From Paracoccaceae bacterium (lineage in GTDB: Bacteria > Pseudomonadota > Alphaproteobacteria > Rhodobacterales > Rhodobacteraceae): a stretch of 64,000 nt of DNA. The stretch covers positions 54,021 through 118,020 of the forward strand of contig OZ219810.1 of assembly GCA_964291375.2 (NCBI GenBank), written 5' to 3'. The notes under the pieces were generated by a model. That model ran no database searches. It was not told the DNA's origin and worked only from the letters and a program-made list of their open reading frames with translations. Position 1 is the stretch's first letter; every line of letters begins with the position of its first letter. The translations under genes and the position numbers were made by a program. Positions 35,201 through 40,172 of this stretch are shown here, in pieces.

Positions 35201-38200
35201 GCCAATGTGTTCGCGCCGACAGTGAATGTGAACTCATCCGTGGCCGTGCCGCCCTTGAGGTCATCCGCCGTCAGCCTCAGCGCAAGCGTGCCCTCGTCCC
35301 CCGCCTGCGGGGTGCCGGTGAAGCTGCGCGATGCCCCGTCAAAGCTGAGCCAGGCGGGCAATGCGCCGTCGCCCGACAGCGTGACCGTATAGGTCAGGCT
35401 GTCCCCGTCCGGGTCGATGAACGTGTTGGCCGGTATCTGATAGCTGAGCGCGTTGCCCACTATCACCGCCCGGTCCGGGACTTCGTTCTCCAGCACCGGG
35501 ACGCGGTTCGACTGAAGCAGAGCAACCGTCACCTTGTCGCCGACATTGGCAGAGGTCCAGTCGATGATAGTTGGTGACCAGGCGAATATGTTCTGTCTCA
35601 GGGTCGCATCGGCGAGGCTGTATGTGGTGTCCCCGATCTGCAAAACCCAGGTGCTGGCAAATGACACATCTGTGTTCGGGGTCAGTGACAGCCAGAACTG
35701 GTTAAGCGTCTCTGAATCCAAGAGCTGGCTGACCCGGAAATCGTTTCCGTCATGTCTGAAAGCGTCGGAAGAAAGTGTGCCGTATCCGCCCGACAGTGAG
35801 CGTCCTATCGTGGTCCCGTCCGCCCCGATCGTCAGGCAGGCATTCCAGACGGCATCTGCGGCGAGCGCCGGGTTCGGGCAGGCAGGCGAGACGTTCATCA
35901 CGACCTGACCGCTCAGCGCCGCCGCATTGTTTGTGGACAGATCCCGGATCGGCGCAGGGGTCGCCCCTGTTGTCGGCACGGTATAGGTCAGCGTCACCGC
36001 CTGCCCGCCGCTCACCGCCTCCGCCAGAAGGAGTCCGACCTGCGACGTGTCCCCGCCGATGCTCACATTACTTACCGACGGCCCCGTGCTCCCGCCGACC
36101 GTCACCGTGAATGCGTCCGTGCCCGGCACAGACCCCGTATCGAGCGGCTCGTCATAGGTCAGCATCACAACCTTGCCGTTCACCCGCGCCGATTGCAGAA
36201 CCGGCCCGGTGGTATCCGACGCCTGAACCGTCAGCGTGAAGTCATCGCTGGCAGTGCCGCCATTGCCGTCATCCGCCGTCACCTGCACCGAAAGCGCGCC
36301 CGCATTGGCCGCCAAGGGAGTGCCGGAAAAGACGCGCGTCGCCCCGTCAAAGGTCAGCCATGCAGGCAACGCGCTGCCGTCCTCCAGCGCCGCCGTATAG
36401 GTCAGGGTATGCCCGTCCGCATCGCTGAACGTGTTCGCCGGTATCCGGTAGCTGAGCGCGGTGCCCACAGTCACCGTCCGATCCGGGATTGCGTTTGCCA
36501 CCACCGGGGCGCGGTTCTTCTGCAACAGGGCAACCGTCACCTTGTCGCCGACATCGCCGGATGACCAGCCAAAGCCGACGGGCGACGACCACACATAGGA
36601 CACTCCGTCGGCACCTGCCTGCGCGGTGCTCAGGTCAAAGCTGCTTGCGCCAAGCTGCAATGTCCAGCCTTCCGCCACCGTGCCCGGCGCAGCGGCGAAC
36701 CGAAGCGATAAACCGCCCGTGCTTTCATAGGTGATGGCGCTGATGGTGTGGGCGTTTCCGTCGTGGCTGAACGAAGGGGTGGACAGAACGCCGTAATTGT
36801 CCGCCGCATTGTATCCGAACGACCCGCTCTGTTCGGCCACTGTCAGACAGACGCGCCAGAACGGATTGCCCGGCAGGCTCGGGTCCGGGCAGGCGCGCGT
36901 TGAGTTGCGAACCTCTGTCCCGTCAAGCGCCACCGCCGGGTTTCCGTTCAAATCCCGGATCGGCGCAGGGGTCGCCCCTGTCGGCACGGTATAGCTCAGT
37001 GCCACCGCCTGCCCGGCGCTCACCGGCGAGATCAGGGTCAGGATGACCGCCTCGCCATCGACCTGCACAGCCGATACCGCACGGTTCGCAGCCGCAGCCC
37101 CCACTGCCACCGTGAACGCCCCCGCATCCGGGACCGAAGTCGTGTCCAGCGCTTCGTCATAGATCACCGTCAGCGTATTGCCATCCGCCACCGCCTCGAC
37201 CAGCACCGGGGCCACACCATCGCTAATCGTCAGGGTGAAGTCATCGCTGGCAGTGCCGTCACCCCGGCCATCATCCGCCGTCACCGTTATTATCAACGCG
37301 CCTGCATCGCCGTTCCCCGGCGTGCCGGTGAAGGTCGAGGTCGCCTCATCGAAGGTAAGCCATGCGGGCAGATCATCGCCGTTTGACAGCGCCGCGGTGT
37401 AGGTCAGGGGGTTGTTGTCCGGATCATCGAACGCATCTTCGGGGATGAGAAAGCTGAACAAGCTGCCCACCGCCGCCGTCTGGTCCGGAATCCCGTTACC
37501 CACCACCGGGGCGCGGTTCACGTTCCGCAGGCTGACCGGAAAGATTTCGCCAAGATTGTCACTGTCCCAGGAAAGGCCGGACCATGAATAAGTTACATCG
37601 CCATCCCCGCTCTTCATCGCTTCTTTGAGAGGGAAGGACCGCTCGCCGACCTGCAATGTCCAGCCGTCTGCGACCGCACCCGGGGCTGGGTCGAATGTAA
37701 TATCAAATTCAGATTGATAGGACAGGCCATCGACTTCGTATGTGACGCTATTGAAGTCGAAATCCTTGTCGGAGAGGTCGCCGAAATCTGCTGCAGACAA
37801 TCCGAAGCCAAAGTAGCCGAACCGGTCCGAAGCCTGAGTTGATTCCCCCACCGTCAGGCAGGCGTTCCAGAAGGCTTCCGCAGGCTGGCCGTCAGAGCAA
37901 CCGGGGGTGGTGTTGGTCACGCTCCGGGCGGGAAACGCACTTGCATCGGTGCCGGTCGTGTCCTGAATCGGGTTCGTGCCGGGCACCGTATAGGCGACCG
38001 TGACGGCCTCGCCTGATGCCACCGGCTCCCCCAGCATCAGGACAACATCCGTGCCACTGATCTGCACCTCAAAATCCGTGGTGTCCGTGCCGCCCACCAT
38101 CACCGTGAACGCGGTCTTGTCCGGCACAGACCCGGTATCCAGCGCCTCATTATAGCTCAGCACCAGCCTTGTGCCGTTGACCGTCGCCTCAACCGGCGTC

Positions 38201-39612
38201 GTCGCACCGGCCACCGTTATGATCGCGATATTCCCTCCTGCTTTGATCTCATAGGACAGATTACTCGCAACCACCACCCGGATGGTGGCGGCCGGTTCGA
38301 GCACACCATCGTCAACCGTCGGAATATCCAACTGCTTTTCGGTTTCACCGTCGGCAAAGCTGACGGTGAGCGAAAATGAAGGGCCGCCGCTGACCACATC
38401 CGCGCCTGACACAGTGACAATAACCGCCACAACCAAAGGCCCGAGGTCATCGGTGCGGGTGATGGTGAAAGAGGCGGTCTCGCCCTCCACAATCTCGCTG
38501 TCCGGCGCGGATACAGACACCTCTGACTTCACATTCATCGTCAGCGTGTCGTCGCCCGTAACCGTATAATCCGACGACGGCGCAAGTGAATAGACACCCC
38601 CGTGGTCTCTGGCATTCACCGCGGCGATTGACAGGCCACCCGTTTCGCTGTCCGGCGCAACGGTGCCGGTCGCAACCACCACCGCCTGCGTTTCCCCCAC
38701 GGGCACACGCCGAAGCTCGAAATCCACATCATATTCACGGGGCGAGAAACGCGCGAGCACCTCCGCAGGCCGCCCGTTGACCACCTCAAGCGTCGGCGCA
38801 TCAACCAACCGGGCTGTCAGCGGGTCATTGTCGCTGACCACCACCGAGGCCGCATCACCCGGCGCGGGGGGAACATGAATGGCATCGTTGGCATCGGAAT
38901 CGACCAGCCGCAGCGTGATGGTTTCGTCGCGTTCGCTGATACTGTCATCCTCGGTCGCCAGATCCAGCGTCGCCGTGTAGGAATTGGCGTCGAAAGTGAC
39001 GCTGCTCGGCGCGGTGCCGCTCAGCACCGTCGCATCCGGCACTGTGACCGAAACCGGCATCACAAGCTGGGTCTGATCCGAAGAGCGGGTGAGCCGGAAC
39101 CGGGCGGGCGCGCCTTCGGCTATATCGCCCAGGGCCTCGACAAAAACCAGCGTCACCCCCGTGCTCACCTTGTGGCCGTTGTCATCGCCGAGGCCGGTAA
39201 AGGTCAGCACGGCGTCGTTCCGGCTTTCGTCCTGAATGCTGCCGCCCGCCAGCGCCAGACCGTTATTCGGGACACTGATCCCGTTGGAGTCGTTGTCTCC
39301 GGCCACGGTCACATAGCGGAAGGTCAGTGCGTCGCCGTCACCGTTGCTGCTGACATAGGTTGCCTGCCGCGTCAGAGGGCCGATCAGCAGGTCAAGCGTC
39401 GGCGCGCCTGTCACCCTCACCGGCTCGCTGAACATCACCGTGACTTCGATGTTCTCTCCGGTTCCGTAGGTGGTGGTGCCGCTGGCAGGGCTGGACGTGA
39501 TCGATGCACCGCTCACCGTCGGGGCCGTCACGTCATCGTTTTCTGTCACCGTCACCGTCGCGAGGGTATCGTTCGCGGTGAGACCGGAATAGGCAGGCGC
39601 AGATGCCACCAC
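23212..39612 (-). CDS. giant gene fragment 2 (5466 codons)
   Basis: Contains Calx-beta (e.g. DITVDYTVTGDTATAGDDFT...DDTDHEPDETLTVTL) and SwmB-type repeats (LTLTYDEALD..SVP....FTVT...VTLTL...V.V.YT). It also has He_PIG/CADG domains (NRAPVV..IPDQT...LTYTA.L..G.ALPAWLSFD....F.GTP), 2 FN3 domains, a cadherin-like domain and 7 Cys-FW-Cys modules. The listed M is an internal GTG. Confidence 0.85.
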   Translation of the reverse strand: MVASAPAYSGLTANDTLATVTVTENDDVTAPTVSGASITSSPASGTTTYGTGENIEVTVMFSEPVRVTGAPTLDLLIGPLTRQATYVSSNGDGDALTFRYVTVAGDNDSNGISVPNNGLALAGGSIQDESRNDAVLTFTGLGDDNGHKVSTGVTLVFVEALGDIAEGAPARFRLTRSSDQTQLVMPVSVTVPDATVLSGTAPSSVTFDANSYTATLDLATEDDSISERDETITLRLVDSDANDAIHVPPAPGDAASVVVSDNDPLTARLVDAPTLEVVNGRPAEVLARFSPREYDVDFELRRVPVGETQAVVVATGTVAPDSETGGLSIAAVNARDHGGVYSLAPSSDYTVTGDDTLTMNVKSEVSVSAPDSEIVEGETASFTITRTDDLGPLVVAVIVTVSGADVVSGGPSFSLTVSFADGETEKQLDIPTVDDGVLEPAATIRVVVASNLSYEIKAGGNIAIITVAGATTPVEATVNGTRLVLSYNEALDTGSVPDKTAFTVMVGGTDTTDFEVQISGTDVVLMLGEPVASGEAVTVAYTVPGTNPIQDTTGTDASAFPARSVTNTTPGCSDGQPAEAFWNACLTVGESTQASDRFGYFGFGLSAADFGDLSDKDFDFNSVTYEVDGLSYQSEFDITFDPAPGAVADGWTLQVGERSFPLKEAMKSGDGDVTYSWSGLSWDSDNLGEIFPVSLRNVNRAPVVGNGIPDQTAAVGSLFSFLIPEDAFDDPDNNPLTYTAALSNGDDLPAWLTFDEATSTFTGTPGNGDAGALIITVTADDGRGDGTASDDFTLTISDGVAPVLVEAVADGNTLTVIYDEALDTTSVPDAGAFTVAVGAAAANRAVSAVQVDGEAVILTLISPVSAGQAVALSYTVPTGATPAPIRDLNGNPAVALDGTEVRNSTRACPDPSLPGNPFWRVCLTVAEQSGSFGYNAADNYGVLSTPSFSHDGNAHTISAITYESTGGLSLRFAAAPGTVAEGWTLQLGASSFDLSTAQAGADGVSYVWSSPVGFGWSSGDVGDKVTVALLQKNRAPVVANAIPDRTVTVGTALSYRIPANTFSDADGHTLTYTAALEDGSALPAWLTFDGATRVFSGTPLAANAGALSVQVTADDGNGGTASDDFTLTVQASDTTGPVLQSARVNGKVVMLTYDEPLDTGSVPGTDAFTVTVGGSTGPSVSNVSIGGDTSQVGLLLAEAVSGGQAVTLTYTVPTTGATPAPIRDLSTNNAAALSGQVVMNVSPACPNPALAADAVWNACLTIGADGTTIGRSLSGGYGTLSSDAFRHDGNDFRVSQLLDSETLNQFWLSLTPNTDVSFASTWVLQIGDTTYSLADATLRQNIFAWSPTIIDWTSANVGDKVTVALLQSNRVPVLENEVPDRAVIVGNALSYQIPANTFIDPDGDSLTYTVTLSGDGALPAWLSFDGASRSFTGTPQAGDEGTLALRLTADDLKGGTATDEFTFTVGANTLATGKPVISLPAVPLLDGKLVVGEELTAGRGDIADADGLPTDDAAFRWQWIRVDSGDETDIEGATGPAYTLQDDDLGKRIKVRVIFTDVGGSEEARTSDAARQVTLRPPELLTVTPSSTFSDNGVRKVRFTLTWNQPSNAADIQFYTLISSLVPARTLSLNPGVSAAEATEGYFDVEASDLRQGQYTIQLSASYSGLGLTVPPSNALQVESLFIPAAPTGLSAVAGAGQATLSWTAPQDVGYSDITGYEVRHRTPPSTGTWQDWAPTGSDTTTHTVTNLTNGTAYEFEVRAVNAVGPGPGSAPAQATPTSTDTTAPVRQSVTARGNLLTITYNEALNEAIIPAPGAFMVTVNSGTAQPVQSVAVTGQTVLLTLPVVLVAGDTAALVYTPGAKPVRDAAGNPAAAFTIASLDVARTAVTLTRLLQPWETDAATVTRWPFRLSLEFDWVVTGLDISDFSAVNSVVERVIPPGADCIPDAPTTFCVIARATRSGGETVRVTLPADALDHGNDRAQFRATTTPSDALTVTPLTTTATQPITGAFDATITFSADVLDAQGDFPPGSHLTADDLAVTNGTAQSLARPAPGDPQTYTFSILPDSDFEGTITLQLPANAVFTEHGAGNPATLPLTLTADTNPPEITGIEVTSDPGPDDIYELGDEITFRVTFDQPVTADATSPPMLAFTLGSSTKTLAHDATASTGSTLVFTYTVADTDKDINGIAVPANSLTGTVRDENNNAAALTHARFGPFTGHNVDGTGVVLTVTDADFSWVFDDTKLTPEWSVTTAFEWTNKPANITDYQVVFRSDDRTTFHTYNTDFPDPGGQTQIAFTSDGGSGNSNVDVSLADDYDDFNGAYYKVSVRGYYKPDGADAVIIDSADVRLWVPRPVSLCSGPQAPLRCQGAPIITEGNRAVTPTTTGHEDEDDWTWTLTGPDAGLFEFGRICPDTDDCDEDEKVRGLFFKTAPDHSNPTDADGDNRYDVTVTVDDNNSGNSEAVADSSLPAGKSSRTYGIAVQPDLTPPELQSAAVNHSTLTLTYDRDLDSTSVPDKSAFTMSKRHIRVSAVSISGMVVTLTLDIPIERRDGIRVSYTRPTGAGAMPLRSVTGGEVASFTNQSVTNNTPSFLCPSQRHPGTFWSGCMKIVSCLNNPDCEDFEPISQPTFAWGGYIDNPGDNDVGALVDANGNDASTFTRHGKTHKITAIGGDGNCISIRFADDPGEAALDWIMEFNEGIEYTSVRLGAALKTIACPSAFPASDHVFYFRNGDGLAWGRSQVLSRAFTLRPPPVELVTAIPDLNAEVEQGFTYTIPADSIIESSGDPLTFTALQSDDSALPAWLSFDPAARSFSGRPERDDIDEIEITVKAANASGDSASSTFMLTITDTTVPVLSTTSPPVVRYDEITLTFSEALESLSVFEGLATEMFPVVVGSESVDVAEAHSHGAVVTLRLAKPVPYGQTVAVSYVVPDRGIHARLLDLQGLPVLAFSPLSVANNTPQCSTSGHPANAFWRACAEVGSDPGGVFGFYRSSVENIGFLVPRSFTFGGAEYSFSRILNFDNGGDDGYIVRIGIKPELTAAQVAGWMLRLGGTDLSFDNATRRGPAQAGDGVQFEWTNTGSIWGASDVGNVQKLSLRRKPILLEEIPDQSAEALEAFSFTVPDGTFSNPDSAAPTYAATLEAGGALPGWLAFDPATRVFSGTPGFADIGVVSVKVTATGRAGDTAEDIFAITVADTTLPVLVTDPPPVVRGLREVVMTWSEPLDATAVPAVGAFTVQVNDVTRTVASVAVSEAVVTLVLEGLVLEGQAVTVTYATPALATDARLQDVAGNAAAGFTAPQNVANTFVLPDVCPASDAALPEGVFWQSCVLVGEIASGISYGARGTKGAILGAGFEYGGVSNSVDELSVISGFGLRLSFTSDPRPVVNGWFLEVAGQSLELDNSTWRAGNHYRWSSPGFTWGSDDVGDWVVVSLRQGNRAPVVVSELPDQVVTVGVDALDYAVPEGAFNDPDDGDSLTYTAALEDDSALPAWLSFDGTTFTGAPAADYDGALELQVKVTAADGEGGMVADVFTLTVNRPPVVTNVVELPKASVGVGFFHNFPADMFTDPDGDSLTYTVTLADDSELPSSWLIYAPNDPGVGGLVSPNPPAEAEGEWMIKLTANDGRGGSASHTFTLVIGPANPATGTVTITGDAQVGQTLTASSGTIMDADGFTDTDNDGFPDDLTWQWIRVDGDSGDETPIEGATATTYTLQDADYGTTIKVQISFTDLASNVETLVSNPVGPVDFKPPKLATPTLSDSYQDDGTHIFRYDFTWEQPSHTSDIVSYVVADSESGGAPAAITIDSGTALADATAGYIEFSDPPGAGSTFSMTVYYDAGRTLSATSNEVTVANLFPPEPPIILLNDPDVRGALLSWNPPGFNGNSAITRYEVRHRTPPETGTWTEWTSTVSAPQLVNLHEVTGLTAGATYEFQLRAVNAVGNGRETETVQITPTLPAVSFDSGVASVEEGNALNFRVDLTGRADEDTADITVDYTVTGDTATAGDDFTAGGGTLVFKASDEDDFKTITISTTDDTDHEPDETLTVTLSNPVNAILGHGPATATGTIEDNDNDVTGPVLQSAAVNNKTLTLVYNEALNANSKPDVTAFTVKINGTEIGDDDDSVSSVSDVSISGTEVTLTILGNTISGERVTVSYDDDDSTNKLRDTSNNAADGFTDETVINTSPSCPAAPSAKVFWDACLTIGGSGLAFGFESRNTPMFGKLLPVATFSVGSDTYEIINLSTDILTNSNTANLYLRFNSDPGAAIRNGWALEVGGETYDFEDSTDGFNTIPSFRVWSDGGRLDWGRDNARDRVPVALLYKNPPPVVAADIPAQSVVAGNTFSFDLPTGTFSDPLNDPLTYTASVDGTALTDPATGIWLAFDGTTFSGIPPQSAAGEITVTVKADDGPGRTDGEDGRSVETSFILTVDDETVPVLASASVNRERLTLTYSEPLDMDSVPPADAFTVTVDGNTVRVSDVTISGSTVDMTLFPAVLRGQRVRLVYTPQTGPPEDDMIRDVWMNNAAGLTKQEVANATPLTDTAPPLLDAIVLSEDGAVLTLTYDEALDEGSVPAAGDFTVTAGGASVAGVAVSGMTVVLTLDPVVIHAQEVTVGYTAPGTDPIRDAAMNPVADVTTTTVPNPVPPPVASITGGTASEELPVEFTVTLSAASAKRVTLGYSTSDGTAVAPDDYTAADSTVTLEPLATEGAISIATVQDAVTEGEETFTVTLKSPVNATLDPSPTATTATGTITDFDNVLPVLQSAKIIGGTLTLTYNEALNGASVPVPGDFAVTAGDAGATVSGVSVSGMTVVLTLTPPPANGLRVRLAYTRGDNPIEDLAGNDADDLSGQAVTDGDTPVLQSAALNGDTLTLTYDEALNERSVPVTGDFTVTADGTGVTVSGVSVSGMTVVLALTSGTVVTNGVPVVLTYTAGTNPIEDLTGSDAANLTAQAVLDRSVPVLQSAVGNGKTLTLTYDEALNEASVPGAGDFTVTADGTGVTVSGAEVSGAEVRLTLATSLLLSHQAVVLTYTGGTNPIEDVAGNDAANLSGQSVRNDTQKIPLTIKFVEFDNVFRTRREYRAIESSGDPVTVTLAIVDADGDRVALSGDVTLRMGTSDYAGNYILGLNHPATAGQDYTAVDTTVTISQGATSATFDVPVLDDDTVERFEYFGFTMAWEGPAPVFGDYDVSLETLTPETQPLGRVTSDDTATVSLAETSYEVTEGDTLDLVPNFSKAIEFDFDLNLSFSQPTGFQLGSDQFISTYASFPANNKIRYSKTYSGGVTAGAQAPIQVLAADDNVVEGPHSFRVLVGRNPGINSFFTFSDALQNDETLITILDNDVAELELGVLPGIIVEAGGVSTVRVGVTNGVTFRRNQQVTLSLAGSTATEGADYTIGTKTLTLRAGEPPADETSVAAETTVTAVADSIDDNGEKIIITATPWRYDAGCGQYHPEDDHHRQRGCKYRADRLADDQRQC
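26675..27075 (-). other. Cys-FW-Cys module 7
   Basis: SCPAAPSAKVFWDACLTIGG ... WALEVGGETYDF ... RVWSDGGRLDWGRDNARDRVPVALL. Confidence 0.5.
29321..29691 (-). other. Cys-FW-Cys module 6
   Basis: VCPASDAALPEGVFWQSCVLVG ... WFLEVAGQSLEL ... YRWSSPGFTWGSDDVGDWVVVSL. Confidence 0.5.
30330..30738 (-). other. Cys-FW-Cys module 5
   Basis: QCSTSGHPANAFWRACAEVG ... WMLRLGGTDLSF ... FEWTNTGSIWGASDVGNVQKLSL. Confidence 0.5.
31375..31845 (-). other. Cys-FW-Cys module 4 (long, cysteine-rich variant)
   Basis: LCPSQRHPGTFWSGCMKIVSCLNNPDCEDFE ... GNCISIRF ... TIACPSAF ... AFTLRPP. Confidence 0.5.
35512..35890 (-). other. Cys-FW-Cys module 3
   Basis: ACPNPALAADAVWNACLTIG ... WVLQIGDTTYSL ... FAWSPTIIDWTSANVGDKVTVALL. 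Confidence 0.5.
36520..36891 (-). other. Cys-FW-Cys module 2
   Basis: ACPDPSLPGNPFWRVCLTVA ... WTLQLGASSFDL ... YVWSSPVGFGWSSGDVGDKVTVALL. Confidence 0.5.
37525..37899 (-). other. Cys-FW-Cys module 1 (unassigned domain of about 125 aa)
   Basis: PGCSDGQPAEAFWNACLTVG ... WTLQVGERSFPL ... YSWSGLSWDSDNLGEIFPVSL. Boundaries approximate. Confidence 0.5.
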
Positions 39613-40121
39613 CAGATCAACCGTCCGTTTCCCCGGTCAGCATCATCATCGGCAACCGTGAGGTCAAAGCTGAGCACGGACGGAGTTTCGGTGGTGCAGG
39701 TGGCTGCCGAATCGCCAGTCAGCTCGAAATAGAGGGTGTCTTCGTCGCTGTTCACCGCCGTGCCGCGTCTGATTCTCGGGCGCGTCGCCGGTTGTTCACC
39801 GATGTCGAGGTCAATCCCGTCGCCAAGATCATCGAAACGCACCGCGATTGTCGTGTCCTGATTGGCACGGGCAGAGACTATGAACTCCCCTGTTTCGCCT
39901 TCGGCGACTTCGGTCGGGGGATCAAAAAGGCTGAAAGTGGCGCAGGCGGCATTCTGCGCCCATGCGGTGCCACCACCCGGCAGAGCAGCCAGAACAACCG
40001 CGGCCAGACCCGCCCGCCACAATGTGCGCAGGGGATGTGCGGTGCGGCCCATGTCAGCAGCCGCACGCCATGTCAGCAGCCGCATGTTTCGGAAAAACCG
40101 AACAAGGCCTGATGGGCGCAC
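39552..40121 (-). CDS. giant gene fragment 1: signal peptide plus first Calx-beta-like segment
   Basis: Candidate starts are GTG 40121 (GGGAG 6 nt upstream), ATG 40085 and ATG 40052. MGRTAHPLRTLWRAGLAAVVLAALPGGGTAWA-QN is signal-peptide-like. The frame is lost near 39631. Confidence 0.75.
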   Translation of the reverse strand: MRPSGLVRFFRNMRLLTWRAAADMGRTAHPLRTLWRAGLAAVVLAALPGGGTAWAQNAACATFSLFDPPTEVAEGETGEFIVSARANQDTTIAVRFDDLGDGIDLDIGEQPATRPRIRRGTAVNSDEDTLYFELTGDSAATCTTETPSVLSFDLTVADDDADRGNGRLIWWWHLRLPIPVSPRTIPSRR

Positions 40122-40125
40122 CGGA

Positions 40126-40171
40126 GGCTCCCGGCTCCCGGCTCCCGGCTCCCGGCTCCCGGCTCCCGGCT
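40126..40171 (-). repeat. heptanucleotide SSR, GGCTCCC x 6.6 (coding strand GGGAGCC)
   Basis: Direct read: ggctccc repeated at 40126, 40133, 40140, 40147, 40154 and 40161, plus a partial ggct at 40168-40171. Confidence 0.95.
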
Positions 40172-40172
40172 G

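Larger units (their letters stand above)
8105..40121 (-). pseudogene. giant multidomain surface/adhesin-like gene of about 10,600 codons, frame interrupted at least 7 times (pseudogene, or a single CDS with assembly errors)
   Basis: Eight collinear minus-strand ORFs. Their domains continue across every junction when a 1-2 nt (once 11 nt) indel is corrected. There is a single signal peptide and a single promoter-like region, both at the 40.1-kb end. Confidence 0.7.

Noticed and set aside
8105-40121. Programmed ribosomal frameshifting or recoding as an explanation for the eight-ORF structure.
   Set aside because: None of the junctions has a slippery heptamer or a downstream structure. The lesions differ in size (-1, -2, +2, -11, +1) and sit at polymorphic or homopolymer sites. 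Mutation or consensus error fits better.
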